The notes beneath the pieces are model-generated. The model worked only from the letters and a program-made list of their open reading frames with translations. It did not search any database and was not told the DNA's origin. Positions 25,968 through 35,755 of a DNA stretch of 64,000 nucleotides are shown here, one piece after another. Numbering within the stretch: position 1 is the stretch's first letter; each line of letters starts with the position of its first letter. The position numbers were made by a program, and so were the translations under genes. The stretch is from positions 80,494 through 144,493 of the forward strand of contig JAZQDN010000054.1 of NCBI GenBank assembly GCA_045546815.1, given 5' to 3'. This DNA comes from Eubacteriales bacterium (GTDB lineage: Bacteria > Bacillota > Clostridia > Oscillospirales > QAKW01).

Positions 25968-26723
25968 CTATCCCTCCTCCAGCATAGAAATAACAGTGCT
26001 TTTAAGTATCTCTCCTGCAAACCGCGGTGAGTATCTGCCGGGGAGCCCCTGCGCGTTTACGACGGTTATTCCGTGTGCGTTTGCATAGTTCAGATCAATA
26101 CCGCCCGGAGCTGAAGCAAGCTCGATAATAATCGTATTGTCAGACATTGAGCAAAGCAGAGATGACGTGATAACGGGCGCGGGAACGGTATTGAAGATAA
26201 TACTGGGCGAGTGTAGCGGCAGCGCGGCAAAATCGCACGCCTGCGCACCCATATTTTCTGCTTGTGCACGGCAGGATGCCTTTCTTGCGCAGACTGTCAC
26301 GTTACAGCCAAGCGCGACAAGCTTTTGACAGAGTACCCGCGCTATGTTGCCAAAGCCGCATATTGCAACGTTTTTGCCCGCAAGGATGTCGTTTGTGCTC
26401 TGCATTGCGACAAATATCGCGCCCTCCGCCGTGGCAAGTGCATTTTTTATGGTGTACACCTTGTTCTCAAGGTAGTTGAGCACCCGTGTGTCGCGTGGTG
26501 CAAGCGGCGGCGTGGTAAATCCGCCCAGCACCGTTTTTCCCTCGCACAGCCGTAAAAGGTCGGGCTTGTTTACGGGAAGCACGACCACACTGCTCTCGGC
26601 AATTACTGCCGCTGCGCTGTCCTGCGCACCAAGACGCGCCGAAAACCCGTCTTTGCGCAGGCTTTCATAAAGATATCTCATTCTTAAATCGTCACCGATA
26701 ATACCAAAGCGGTACATATACAT
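25968..26723 (-). CDS. dpaA: Dipicolinate synthase subunit A
   Basis: 251 aa. Rossmann motif VAICGFGNIARVLCQKLVALGCNVTVCARK. The dpaA-dpaB pair is conserved. Confidence 0.8.
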   Translation of the reverse strand: MYMYRFGIIGDDLRMRYLYESLRKDGFSARLGAQDSAAAVIAESSVVVLPVNKPDLLRLCEGKTVLGGFTTPPLAPRDTRVLNYLENKVYTIKNALATAEGAIFVAMQSTNDILAGKNVAICGFGNIARVLCQKLVALGCNVTVCARKASCRAQAENMGAQACDFAALPLHSPSIIFNTVPAPVITSSLLCSMSDNTIIIELASAPGGIDLNYANAHGITVVNAQGLPGRYSPRFAGEILKSTVISMLEEG

Positions 26724-26738
26724 TTCCCCTTTACAATG

Positions 26739-26766
26739 TATACTATGCCGCAGTCAGAAAAAGCGT
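26739..26766 (-). promoter_or_regulatory. SigK-like mother-cell promoter in front of dpaAB
   Basis: Minus strand AC (26766..26765), 17 nt, CATAgtaTA (26747..26739) matches the remembered SigK consensus AC-N17-CATANNNTA. It would give a very short leader before the AAGGGG RBS. Confidence 0.35.
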
Positions 26767-26770
26767 TAAA

Positions 26771-26796
26771 AAAGGGACCTCTAAAAAGGTCCCTTT
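26771..26796 (-). terminator. Intrinsic terminator ending the zapA...mrdA operon
   Basis: aaagggacc / ggtcccttt stem. On the minus strand it is followed by TTTTTT. Confidence 0.7.
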
Positions 26797-28856
26797 TAAT
26801 TTATGAGCTGTTGCTCTGTCGGTGTTGAAATATTTGTTGTTTTATCGTTGAAGTACTCGTCAAAAACAGCCTTTGCAACGCCGCCTACCGAGTTGCCGTG
26901 CGCGCCGTGCTCTACCACAACGCAAATTGCGATTTCAGGCTTGTCATACGGTGCAAATGCGACGAATACACCGTTTGCGGTGCCCGACGGCACAGATGCC
27001 GTACCCGTCTTTGCACCGACGCCAACCTTATAGGAAGAGAACAGGTTTGATGCCGTACCGCTTTTTGCGGCAAGCTGCATACCGTACATGACCGCGTGGT
27101 AGTTTTCGTCCTTCATTTCAAGGCTTTCTACTACTTCAACTCCCACACTGTGTGTGTTGACACCTGTACCCGTATCGTTTATTGATTTTACAAGATGTGT
27201 TTTGTAGCGTGTGCCGCCGTTTACGATAGTTGCAACGTAGTTTGCAAGCTGCAGCGGTGTAAACAGGTTGTATGACTGACCGATCGATGCCTGCAGTGTA
27301 TCGCCCGGATACCACGACGTATCCTCAATTCGCTTTTTAGATTCGGGTCCTGCGAGCACACCCGACGCTTCGGGCAGCTCAATGCCCGTCTTCTGACCGA
27401 GACCCAGCTTTGTACAGTAGCGGTTGAGATTGTCAATGCCCATTGTGTCAGCTGATTCATAAAAGAAGTAGTTACACGATTTTTCAAGCGCCTGCGATAC
27501 GTTTATCGAGCCGTGGGTCGTGCCGTAGTCGGAATACACCCAACAGCGCGGCGAGTAGGACGGCGCGTACTTTGTATAAATACCGAGGTCGCGTATTCTT
27601 GTAGAGGGTACGATGATCCCTTCTTCAAGCGCGGCAATACCCGTTGCCATCTTGAAGGTTGAGCCGGGCGCATAGGTGCCGTTGAACGCGCGGTTAAAGA
27701 GCGGCAACAGCTTATCTGTTGCAAGCGACGTGTAGTTTTCAAGATATGTTGTCAGGTCGTAGTTGGGGGCGGATGCCGAGGCAAGAATTTCACCGCTGTT
27801 TACGTCAATGACGACCGCGGCACCCGCACACGCGTCGGCTCCCTCGCCGTTTGCCTTGTATTTACCGCTGTTTGCGATATTTTTGATAGTTTGCTCAAGC
27901 GATGTCTGCGCAACCTCTTGTAAATCCTTGTCGAGCGTCAGCATAACGGTGCTGCCCGATATCGGCTCTTTTACTGTGGTAACACCGAGCACCTTGCCGT
28001 CAACGTCGCGCTCGATTACCTTTGTGCCGTCAGTGCCCTTGAGATAGCTCTCCATCGCCTTTTCAATGCCGTCCTTACCGACGTGGTCGCTCATTTTATA
28101 GCCGAGCTCCTTGTAGGTGGGGTATTCCTCGGCGTAAATGATGTCGGTACGTCCGAGAATGTGTGAGGCAAGGTAGGGGGTCGTATAAACACGCTTTGAT
28201 TCGGTGTCAATGCTGACTCCGGGGTACTCGTCGGCGAGTTCTTTTATAATTGTTACCGAGTCAATTGAGATATCGCTTGCAAAAATATACGGGTTTGAGC
28301 TTGAAAACGACGCGCGCTCCATCTGATACCGCACACCCGCGATTATACGCTTTTGCGCGGTTTCGAGTGACGTGTCGATCTTATATTTTTTTATGAGCTG
28401 CTGCATGATCTCGCCTGCAGTCGCGCCCTGCTCCAGCTTGTATTTTTTTATCAGCGCGTCAATTCTTGCCTGCGCGTTTTCGTCCTGATATATAAATGTA
28501 TACGGTGCCATTTCGCTTATCGGCAGAGTATCATAATAGTCCTCGCCCTTTGAAATGAGCAGGTTTGCAAGATTTAAAAGTATTTCGTTCTGGCGGTCTG
28601 TCGGCAATAGTGCGCGCGACAGCTTTACTGTGTAAACGGTCTCGTTTGTGACAAGCAGCTGACCGTTGCGGTCGGTTATGTTACCGCGGGAGGCAGTTAT
28701 CGTTTCTGTCGAGTAAATCTTTTTTTGTGACTGCTCCTTGTAGTATTCGTTGTCGATGATCTGCATTTTAAAGAGTGTGCCGCTGTATGATACAAAAATC
28801 ACTACCACGACAACAATGAGTGCAATAAACCGCACCCTGCCGTCTTTCAGATTCAA
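26796..28856 (-). CDS. mrdA: Penicillin-binding protein 2 (elongation-specific class B transpeptidase)
   Basis: 686 aa. N-terminal TM, then SxxK (GSTFK), SxN (KSCN) and KTG (AKTGTAS). Immediately downstream of mreBCD. Confidence 0.85.
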   Translation of the reverse strand: MNLKDGRVRFIALIVVVVVIFVSYSGTLFKMQIIDNEYYKEQSQKKIYSTETITASRGNITDRNGQLLVTNETVYTVKLSRALLPTDRQNEILLNLANLLISKGEDYYDTLPISEMAPYTFIYQDENAQARIDALIKKYKLEQGATAGEIMQQLIKKYKIDTSLETAQKRIIAGVRYQMERASFSSSNPYIFASDISIDSVTIIKELADEYPGVSIDTESKRVYTTPYLASHILGRTDIIYAEEYPTYKELGYKMSDHVGKDGIEKAMESYLKGTDGTKVIERDVDGKVLGVTTVKEPISGSTVMLTLDKDLQEVAQTSLEQTIKNIANSGKYKANGEGADACAGAAVVIDVNSGEILASASAPNYDLTTYLENYTSLATDKLLPLFNRAFNGTYAPGSTFKMATGIAALEEGIIVPSTRIRDLGIYTKYAPSYSPRCWVYSDYGTTHGSINVSQALEKSCNYFFYESADTMGIDNLNRYCTKLGLGQKTGIELPEASGVLAGPESKKRIEDTSWYPGDTLQASIGQSYNLFTPLQLANYVATIVNGGTRYKTHLVKSINDTGTGVNTHSVGVEVVESLEMKDENYHAVMYGMQLAAKSGTASNLFSSYKVGVGAKTGTASVPSGTANGVFVAFAPYDKPEIAICVVVEHGAHGNSVGGVAKAVFDEYFNDKTTNISTPTEQQLIN

Positions 28857-29377
28857 GCGTTAACACCTCCTGCATCGAGCTTTCTGTTCAAAAACCGTAT
28901 GATGAAGTATACGGGATAGCTGAGTACTGCCGAAAACAACAGCTTTGGCAGTATAACCTTTGTAAGGCACAGCCCGAGCGGCATATGCCCGAAGAAAACA
29001 AAAATAAGCACATATTCGATGATTAAAAACAGTGCAATTGCGCAAAGCTCAATTACAACATAGGTCAAAAACAGTCTGCGCAGTACTGTCTTTAACAAAA
29101 CCGCAACAATGAATGCCGCGAACATAAAAAAGAGTGCACTTTTGCCCGTCAGCGAGTCGGTAACGGTATCGTTGATAATTCCGACGATAAGCCCGAAAAA
29201 CGCCGCAAATGTCTCTGATTCATTAAATGCAACGCATATTGACAAAACGAGCAAAAGCTCTGGCGAAACATTCATAAACCTGACATTTAACGCAGGTACA
29301 CTCTGCATAAGATAAAAAATTATAAGTATAAGCCCGTAAAGAGCCGCTTTTACAGATGTATTGGTGCGCGAAAACAT
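28853..29377 (-). CDS. mreD: Rod shape-determining protein MreD
   Basis: 174 aa polytopic membrane protein positioned between mreC and pbp2, with overlaps at both ends. Confidence 0.75.
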   Translation of the reverse strand: MFSRTNTSVKAALYGLILIIFYLMQSVPALNVRFMNVSPELLLVLSICVAFNESETFAAFFGLIVGIINDTVTDSLTGKSALFFMFAAFIVAVLLKTVLRRLFLTYVVIELCAIALFLIIEYVLIFVFFGHMPLGLCLTKVILPKLLFSAVLSYPVYFIIRFLNRKLDAGGVNA

Positions 29378-30225
29378 TACTCCGCCTCCGTATCTGCAGT
29401 AAAATCGGTTATTACGAGCACGTTTTTGAGTGATGATATGTCAACGGCGGGTGACGTCACGGCATATTGCGAAATACCGTGTGTTTCGGGCTTTATTTCC
29501 TGTACGTTACCGATAAAAAGCCCCGCGGGGAAAATGCCGCCGATGCCCGATGTGACAACACTGTCGCCTGAATTAAGCTGGACGTTGTTTGCAAGATATG
29601 ACACCTTGCAGTTGCCGCCCGAGGCAAGCGAAAAATCGCCCTCAAGCACGCCGATGTCCTGAGTTCGTGTGATTATAACACCGATCTGACACGACGAGTC
29701 AAGGATAGTCGTTACCTTGCACCAGGTTGTGCCGACCTCTGACACATAGCCTGCAACCGCGCCGTTTGAAAGAACGATGTCACGCTTTTCAATGCCGTTT
29801 ACACTGCCCTTGTTAAGCGTTACCATATACGAATAGCCGCTCTGCTCCGAAGCCACAACGAGTGCAGAGCAAAACTCAAAGTCGGGGTTTTCTGCCTTGA
29901 TGCCGAGCGCACTTTTGAGCTCTTCATTTTCAAGTCTGTACTTTTCCGCTTCGCGAAGCTGCTCTGACAGCGCGTTTACCTGCTCTTTGAGCTCGGTGTT
30001 TTGGTCGACAAGCGCGTTATGCTCCGAAAAAACCGCACCAAAATCACCCGCCTTTGACGATATTGTCGTGACAATGTTCTGTATCGGTGTTATGACGATA
30101 CCGACAAAATCTTCAAAAACGGTTACTCTGCCGCGATCGACCGCGCTGACTGTCATCATACCGAGCAGCAGCACAGCTATAACGCAGATGGCTATAAAAG
30201 TTTTTGATGTGAAAAAATCGCGCAT
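29377..30225 (-). CDS. mreC: Rod shape-determining protein MreC
   Basis: 282 aa. N-terminal TM, coiled coil (LKEQVNALSEQLREAEKYRLENEELK), and a beta-rich C-terminal domain with GGIFPAGLFIG. Confidence 0.85.
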   Translation of the reverse strand: MRDFFTSKTFIAICVIAVLLLGMMTVSAVDRGRVTVFEDFVGIVITPIQNIVTTISSKAGDFGAVFSEHNALVDQNTELKEQVNALSEQLREAEKYRLENEELKSALGIKAENPDFEFCSALVVASEQSGYSYMVTLNKGSVNGIEKRDIVLSNGAVAGYVSEVGTTWCKVTTILDSSCQIGVIITRTQDIGVLEGDFSLASGGNCKVSYLANNVQLNSGDSVVTSGIGGIFPAGLFIGNVQEIKPETHGISQYAVTSPAVDISSLKNVLVITDFTADTEAE

Positions 30226-30226
30226 T

Positions 30227-31273
30227 CTATCTTGAGATAGCGTTCCACAAATCAGGTGATTCGAGCGAGTAGCCTGTGCCGAGTGCTACGCAGTCGAGCG
30301 GGTTTTCGGCAATGTGAACGGGGATGCCCGTTTCTTTTGAAATGAGCACGTCAAGACCGCGAAGCAGTGCACCGCCGCCTGACAGCATAATGCCGTGGTC
30401 GATAATGTCAGCAGCAAGCTCGGGGGGTGTCTGCTCAAGAGTGTTCTTAACAGACTCAACAATGAGTGCCACCGGCTCCTCGATTGCTTTGCATATGTCG
30501 TCGCCTGTGATGGTTATATTCTGCGGAAGACCGGTGATCATATCGCGGCCGCGTATCTCCATTGTGCCCTTATAGCCCATCGCGTTACCGATTTCAAACT
30601 TGATTTCTTCCGCCATGCGCTCGCCGATAAAGAGTGAGTATGCTTTTCTGATATACGCAATGATCGCTGCGTCAATAGCGTCGCCCGCAACACGCACCGA
30701 TTTTGACGATACAACACCGCCAAGAGAGATGACCGCAACCTCGGTTGTGCCGCCGCCGATGTCAACTATCATTGAACCTGTCGGCTCACTTACGGGAAGA
30801 CCGGCACCGATTGCGGCAGCAAGCGGCTCTTCAATTATTTTAACGTCTTTTGCGCCCGTAAGAGATGCCGCCTCTTCAACCGCGCGGCGCTCAACGTCTG
30901 TTACTTCATAGGGGATGCATATAAGAATACGCTTTTTTGCCATAAACGACGGTCCCATCGCTTTTTTAAGAAAATAGCGAAGCATAAGCGCAGTTGACTC
31001 ATAGCTTGCAATAACACCTTCGCGAAGGGGACGTATCGCCTCGATATTTTTAGGCGTTCTGCCTATCATATCCTTTGCCTCTGTGCCGACGGCAACAGGG
31101 CGCTTTGTATCAGTATCGATCGCGATAACAGACGGCTCGCGAAGAACAATGCCCTTGCCCGTTTTGTACACGATCGTGTTTGCTGTACCGAGGTCAATGC
31201 CTATATCGTTGTATGATAAAAACTTGAGCGGGTTTATTTTCTTTACTTTTTTTGTCAGTTGATTAAAATTCAT
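30227..31273 (-). CDS. mreB: Actin-like rod shape-determining protein MreB
   Basis: 348 aa. [33 protein letters not shown] and [15 protein letters not shown]. Confidence 0.9.
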   Translation of the reverse strand: MNFNQLTKKVKKINPLKFLSYNDIGIDLGTANTIVYKTGKGIVLREPSVIAIDTDTKRPVAVGTEAKDMIGRTPKNIEAIRPLREGVIASYESTALMLRYFLKKAMGPSFMAKKRILICIPYEVTDVERRAVEEAASLTGAKDVKIIEEPLAAAIGAGLPVSEPTGSMIVDIGGGTTEVAVISLGGVVSSKSVRVAGDAIDAAIIAYIRKAYSLFIGERMAEEIKFEIGNAMGYKGTMEIRGRDMITGLPQNITITGDDICKAIEEPVALIVESVKNTLEQTPPELAADIIDHGIMLSGGGALLRGLDVLISKETGIPVHIAENPLDCVALGTGYSLESPDLWNAISR

Positions 31274-31276
31274 TTA

Positions 31277-31840
31277 CTATTCTCCTTGAATTTTTTGCAG
31301 TATCTTTATTACTTTGCCCATAGGCAGACCTATAACGCACGACAAATCGCCCGAAACCCTTTTGACAAAGCCGATGCCGACATCGTCCTGGATTCCGTAC
31401 GCTCCCGCCTTGTCAAACGGGGAACCACTGTCTATATATAAATTAATTTGCTTGTCCGTCAGCGGATGAAAGGTGACATCTGCCCTGTCAAAAAACAGGT
31501 GGCTTTTTCCGCCCTTTGAAATACACACACCCGTATAAACGGTGTGGGTGTTGTTTGAAAGCGACATAAGCATATTATATGCTTCGTCTCTTGTTTTGGG
31601 CTTTCCGAGAATTTTACCGTTGAGGCAGACAACCGTATCTGCGGACAGCACGATTTTGTCGGGATGGTTTTTACTTACGCTCTCGCCCTTGCCCTTTGCA
31701 AGAAGCATAACGAGCTTTTTGGGGTCGCGCTCGGTAACGCCGCTTTCATCAAACGGCGACGTTTCAACCGTCACGTCATATCCGCGTGCCGACAAAAGTG
31801 AGTAGCGTCTCGGTGACGCTGATGCCAATATAATTTCCAT
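31277..31840 (-). CDS. maf: Maf-family nucleoside triphosphate pyrophosphatase
   Basis: Family start MEIILASASPRR at ATG 31840, 2 nt after the dut stop. The track's 11-codon extension overlaps dut. Also contains KAGAYGIQD. Confidence 0.85.
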   Translation of the reverse strand: MEIILASASPRRYSLLSARGYDVTVETSPFDESGVTERDPKKLVMLLAKGKGESVSKNHPDKIVLSADTVVCLNGKILGKPKTRDEAYNMLMSLSNNTHTVYTGVCISKGGKSHLFFDRADVTFHPLTDKQINLYIDSGSPFDKAGAYGIQDDVGIGFVKRVSGDLSCVIGLPMGKVIKILQKIQGE

Positions 31841-31841
31841 A

Positions 31842-32291
31842 CTATTTACCTGTCGAGCCAAAGCCGCCCGCACCGCGCTCGGTGTCTGACAGCGTGTCTG
31901 ATGGGATAAAAGCCGCCTGAATTACCGGCATTATCACAAGCTGTGCGATACGCTCAAACGGCTGTACGGTATACTCGCTGTCAGAGGTGTTGAGAAGCGC
32001 AACCTTGATTTCGCCTCTGTAGTCAGCGTCCACAACGCCGACACTGTTTGCAAGACAGATGCCTTTTTTCGATGCAAGTCCCGAGCGCGCAAAAATAAAC
32101 GCACCGATGCTTGTGTCCTCGGGCTCGATAGCATAGCCTGTCGGAATGAGCGCGCGCTGATGCGGCGCAATCGTGACAGGCTCGTCAATTGCTGCACAAA
32201 GGTCAGCGCCCGCCGAAAATTTGCTTTGATAAGCGGGCAGTGGCGCAGTTTTTCCCTGCGGGGTGGGGATTGCCTTGATTTTTATTTTCAT
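31842..32291 (-). CDS. dut: dUTP diphosphatase
   Basis: 149 aa. GAGDLCA-like motif (SAGADLCA), GVVDADYRGE, and C-terminal RGAGGFGSTGK. Confidence 0.9.
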   Translation of the reverse strand: MKIKIKAIPTPQGKTAPLPAYQSKFSAGADLCAAIDEPVTIAPHQRALIPTGYAIEPEDTSIGAFIFARSGLASKKGICLANSVGVVDADYRGEIKVALLNTSDSEYTVQPFERIAQLVIMPVIQAAFIPSDTLSDTERGAGGFGSTGK

Positions 32292-32620
32292 TATCTTTCA
32301 CCAAGTCTTCTTTTTAACAGATCGATTTCGTCCTCAAGACGCGAAACCTTGGTTTCAAGCTCAATATTGCGCTCGTAATAGCTTTTGATTTCGTCGCGAA
32401 GCCTTGCTGCCGATGCCTTATTTTTTTCGTTTTCGTCGCAAAGGTCAAGGCAGGTGAGAATGCTCGCCATAGGTGTTGTCACCTTGCTGCTCGAAGAAAG
32501 AAGATCGCGCATTTTTAAGTCGATAATATTAGCAAGCTTTGTGGTGTACTCGCGTGACTCCTCTGTCATAACAACAAGCTCACTGCCTGCAATTGAAATA
32601 ATTATTTTGTTTTTGCTCAC
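32291..32620 (-). CDS. zapA: Cell division protein ZapA
   Basis: 109 aa. N-terminal beta-rich region and a C-terminal coiled coil (LRDEIKSYYERNIELETKVSRLEDEIDLLKRRL). First gene of the mre operon. Confidence 0.75.
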   Translation of the reverse strand: MSKNKIIISIAGSELVVMTEESREYTTKLANIIDLKMRDLLSSSSKVTTPMASILTCLDLCDENEKNKASAARLRDEIKSYYERNIELETKVSRLEDEIDLLKRRLGER

Positions 32621-32758
32621 CTTTCCGTCCTCCTGAAAAAATATCTATAATATTAAATTATAAAATATGTCGATATCTATTTCAAGTATTATTTTATTAA
32701 TATTCTTGACACTTAGTAGCCGATATAATATACTTTTGCAGAAAGGAATAAGAAAAAT

Positions 32759-33712
32759 ATGAATTTTTTTGCTAACGCATTTACTGTTTTTACACAGGTT
32801 CTTATACTTGCGATTATGGTTATGGTCGGTTTTTTTGGCGACCGCCTCGGCTTTTTCAGTGAAAAAACCGCGCGCAGCTCCAATGACCTGCTGTTTTATA
32901 TCATAACCCCTGCGCTTATAATAAACTCCTTTGCAAACGTCGAATTTACAAAGGAAAACGCGCTCGATTATCTCTATGCATTTTTATGCGCGAGCGCTTT
33001 TCACGTGTTCGCGATCGCGGTGACGTGTTTGTTTTTCAACAAGGGCGACCGCAGTAAAAACGTTGTTTTTAAGTATTCGACGATCTATGCGAATATGGGT
33101 TATATGGGTCTTCCGCTGTCGCACGCGGTGATGGAAGCGGTTACGGGCAACGGCGAAATCGGAACTTTTTATTGCTCTGCGGCGATGACCGCGTTCAATA
33201 TTTTTTCATTTACGCACGGTGTCTGGCTTATGTCAGACTCATCGGGAAAATTTGATGCAAAAAAGCTGATAATCAACCCCGGAACGATAGGTGTTTTAAT
33301 CGGTGCGCCGATATTTTTACTCGGAATAACCCTGCCCGAAATTATAAAGACACCGCTCACTCATATAGGAAATATGACCACGCCTTTTGCTATGATTTTG
33401 TTTGGAACATACCTTTCAAAATCCGACTTTAAAACTATGTTCAAGCAAGGTAATATCTACCTTACCGCGTTTTTGAAGCTGATCGTACTGCCGCTTGCGG
33501 CACTGCTCGGCTTTTACCTTTGCGGAGTGCGCGGTAACCTGCTCATTGTCGCGTCCGTTTTTGTAAGTGCACCGACCGCCAACAACACCGTAATGTTTGC
33601 GGCAAAATTCGGCAGGGACACGGGTCTTGCTTCGCAGGTCTCGGGGCTTGTCAGCATACTCTCGATTGTGACAATGCCGCTTTGCGTTGCGCTGGCGATG
33701 ATGCTTGCGTAA
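32759..33712 (+). CDS. AEC-family (auxin efflux carrier-like) permease
   Basis: 317 aa with about 10 TM helices. Typical N-terminus FTQVLILAIMVMVGFF and two-repeat architecture. Confidence 0.8.
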   Translation: MNFFANAFTVFTQVLILAIMVMVGFFGDRLGFFSEKTARSSNDLLFYIITPALIINSFANVEFTKENALDYLYAFLCASAFHVFAIAVTCLFFNKGDRSKNVVFKYSTIYANMGYMGLPLSHAVMEAVTGNGEIGTFYCSAAMTAFNIFSFTHGVWLMSDSSGKFDAKKLIINPGTIGVLIGAPIFLLGITLPEIIKTPLTHIGNMTTPFAMILFGTYLSKSDFKTMFKQGNIYLTAFLKLIVLPLAALLGFYLCGVRGNLLIVASVFVSAPTANNTVMFAAKFGRDTGLASQVSGLVSILSIVTMPLCVALAMMLA

Positions 33713-33735
33713 CCGTTTATTAACCGAATTGTAAC

Positions 33736-33764
33736 TTGACATATTGTACGCGCGGTATTAGAAT
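33736..33764 (+). promoter_or_regulatory. Sigma-A-type promoter
   Basis: TTGACA (33736..33741), 17 nt, TAGAAT (33759..33764). Confidence 0.5.
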
Positions 33765-33797
33765 TAATTTATATTATTTACGAAAGGGTATGTTGGT

Positions 33798-34652
33798 TTG
33801 AAAGATGCAATAAAGCGTGTGCTTAAGTTTTTGAACAAAAACAAGCACAAAATATTCACCTTCACGGTGGGTCTTGCATTTATATTTCTTGTTTGCTTTT
33901 GCATAGCATCCCTCGGCCGTGCGGTATACAGGGTGTTTGTCCCCAATAATATTTATACCGACAGTAGTTATGAGAGCACGCTTTACGGCGGCAGTGTTTA
34001 TGAGACGACAGGTATTGACGGCTACGAGGAAGCGAGTGCCGAATTTTTTGAAAACTATTTAAGCAACTTTATCCGTCAGGATATCCCCTATTTTGACGAC
34101 CCGACACAGATCGACGACGAATATATCATCTCGCACGGTATCTGGCAGGCAATAACGCTTAATAATGCGCAGGGAGTTTACACCTACGATAAGCGCGGTA
34201 ACTTCCGCGTTCCTGCAGAGGATGTTGAGATGTTCAGCCAGTACGTTATCGACTATGCGAGCAAAATCAAGCATAAAACCGTTGATATCTGCGGTAAGTT
34301 CAAGTACAACTCACTTAATAAGACCTATACCGTAAAATCAGCCGGCTCGTCCGACTATCTCATTCCCGATGTTATCGACATAAAGGAAGGCGAGAACGAC
34401 ACCTATATCCTGACGGTCGATTGCTATAACGAAACGCTTTTGTCGTCGGATGACCCGACAAACGACCCTGCCAACTTTGTGCGCCGCGTAACCGTTGTTA
34501 TGCAGGATATGGGTATACAGAGCTATAATGACCAGACAGGCAGCCCTGTTCACCGCTATATGATACTGTCTTTGAACGCTGTGAGCGAAGACGATATGGC
34601 AGAGCAGGAAACAGAGCTTCCCGAAAATAAAGAAGATATTGATCTTAACTAA
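33798..34652 (+). CDS. Membrane-anchored hypothetical protein with an acidic C-terminus
   Basis: 284 aa with a TTG start. A single N-terminal TM (IFTFTVGLAFIFLVCFCIASL) and an extracytoplasmic domain with no motif I recognise. Confidence 0.6.
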   Translation: MKDAIKRVLKFLNKNKHKIFTFTVGLAFIFLVCFCIASLGRAVYRVFVPNNIYTDSSYESTLYGGSVYETTGIDGYEEASAEFFENYLSNFIRQDIPYFDDPTQIDDEYIISHGIWQAITLNNAQGVYTYDKRGNFRVPAEDVEMFSQYVIDYASKIKHKTVDICGKFKYNSLNKTYTVKSAGSSDYLIPDVIDIKEGENDTYILTVDCYNETLLSSDDPTNDPANFVRRVTVVMQDMGIQSYNDQTGSPVHRYMILSLNAVSEDDMAEQETELPENKEDIDLN

Positions 34653-34658
34653 AACGAA

Positions 34659-34690
34659 AGCTGCCCTTTTTAAAAAAGGCAGCTTTTTTT
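34659..34690 (+). terminator. Intrinsic terminator
   Basis: agctgcc / ggcagct stem followed by TTTTTTT. Confidence 0.75.
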
Positions 34691-34702
34691 GAGGTAACTG
34701 TA

Positions 34703-35701
34703 ATGAATTTTGACGATTTTAAGGCGGCGGCATACAGATACAAGTACGAAACCGCCATTGAAACCGAATACGAAAGGGTGAGCTATAAAGAGCTGCTTAC
34801 CCGTGTGAATGCACTGTATAACTCGTTTTGCCAGATGGGAATCACGGGTAAGACCGTGGCTGTGCTGACGGGTAACTGTCCGCAGACGGTGTATGCGATT
34901 TTAGCGGCGGTCAAGGCGGGCTGTCGCTGTGTTTTGTGCCGTGTCAGCGGACCGGTCGATGCGCTCGCCGAAAAGCTGTCGGTCTACCGCCCGTCAGTTG
35001 CGGTGGTGCACAGCTGTCACTATATGCACACGGTGCCCGTCCTTCGCGACTGTGGCTGCAACTGTGCGGTCGTGGCGGAGCAGGGCGATGTTGACAGAAC
35101 GCTTTTGCCTGCGGTTCACTTTTTGTCCGAGCTTGTCGAGATCAACGATTACAGCTCTTTACCGACAGAGCAAAAGGACGGCATTGTCGTGCTGGCAAAC
35201 GACGGTGTTCACTGGGATACAAAGGCCGCAATCGAAAGCACGGGGCGCCGCGACGGCGTGTATATCGGTCTTCCGCTTTACTGCGGTGCGGGCTTTGACG
35301 CGGTTTTTTCTGCGCTTTTTTCGGGGCATAAATGTGTTTTTCTTGAGCGCCCCACAAAACAGATTTTTAAAAAGAAAAACGTAAAGCTCGCCCTTGTTTA
35401 CAAAGGCTTGCCGACCTTTGACTGCGACGCGCTGTTTTATCAAAATGATAATACTATTTGTATAAATAACGAGTTTATATACCCTGCGGAGTGCGAAAAG
35501 CTCATTTCTGACGCAATCGGTTATCCGACGGTGTGCGAATATGACGGTGAAAAGATAAAAATTTCGGTAATTTTGCCGCCTGACGCCGATATAAGTGCGG
35601 TGTCGGGCTCGCCGCTTGCGCGGGCGATCGCGGGTCATGCGGCAGACGCTTTTTACGGTCTTGCTTGTCGTAAATCGGTGGTATTTAAAAAAACAGTTTG
35701 A
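34703..35701 (+). CDS. Truncated, degenerate adenylate-forming (ANL/AMP-binding) superfamily homologue
   Basis: 332 aa. The N-terminus resembles ANL enzymes (ERVSYKELLTRVNALYNSFCQMGITGKTVAVLTGNCPQTVYAILAAVKAGCRCV). I saw no TSGTTGxPKG P-loop and no YRTGD-type motif. Confidence 0.6.
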   Translation: MNFDDFKAAAYRYKYETAIETEYERVSYKELLTRVNALYNSFCQMGITGKTVAVLTGNCPQTVYAILAAVKAGCRCVLCRVSGPVDALAEKLSVYRPSVAVVHSCHYMHTVPVLRDCGCNCAVVAEQGDVDRTLLPAVHFLSELVEINDYSSLPTEQKDGIVVLANDGVHWDTKAAIESTGRRDGVYIGLPLYCGAGFDAVFSALFSGHKCVFLERPTKQIFKKKNVKLALVYKGLPTFDCDALFYQNDNTICINNEFIYPAECEKLISDAIGYPTVCEYDGEKIKISVILPPDADISAVSGSPLARAIAGHAADAFYGLACRKSVVFKKTV

Positions 35702-35755
35702 CTATATTAGTATATTATGCTATTATAAAATATATTAATTTTTAAAAGGACGCTT

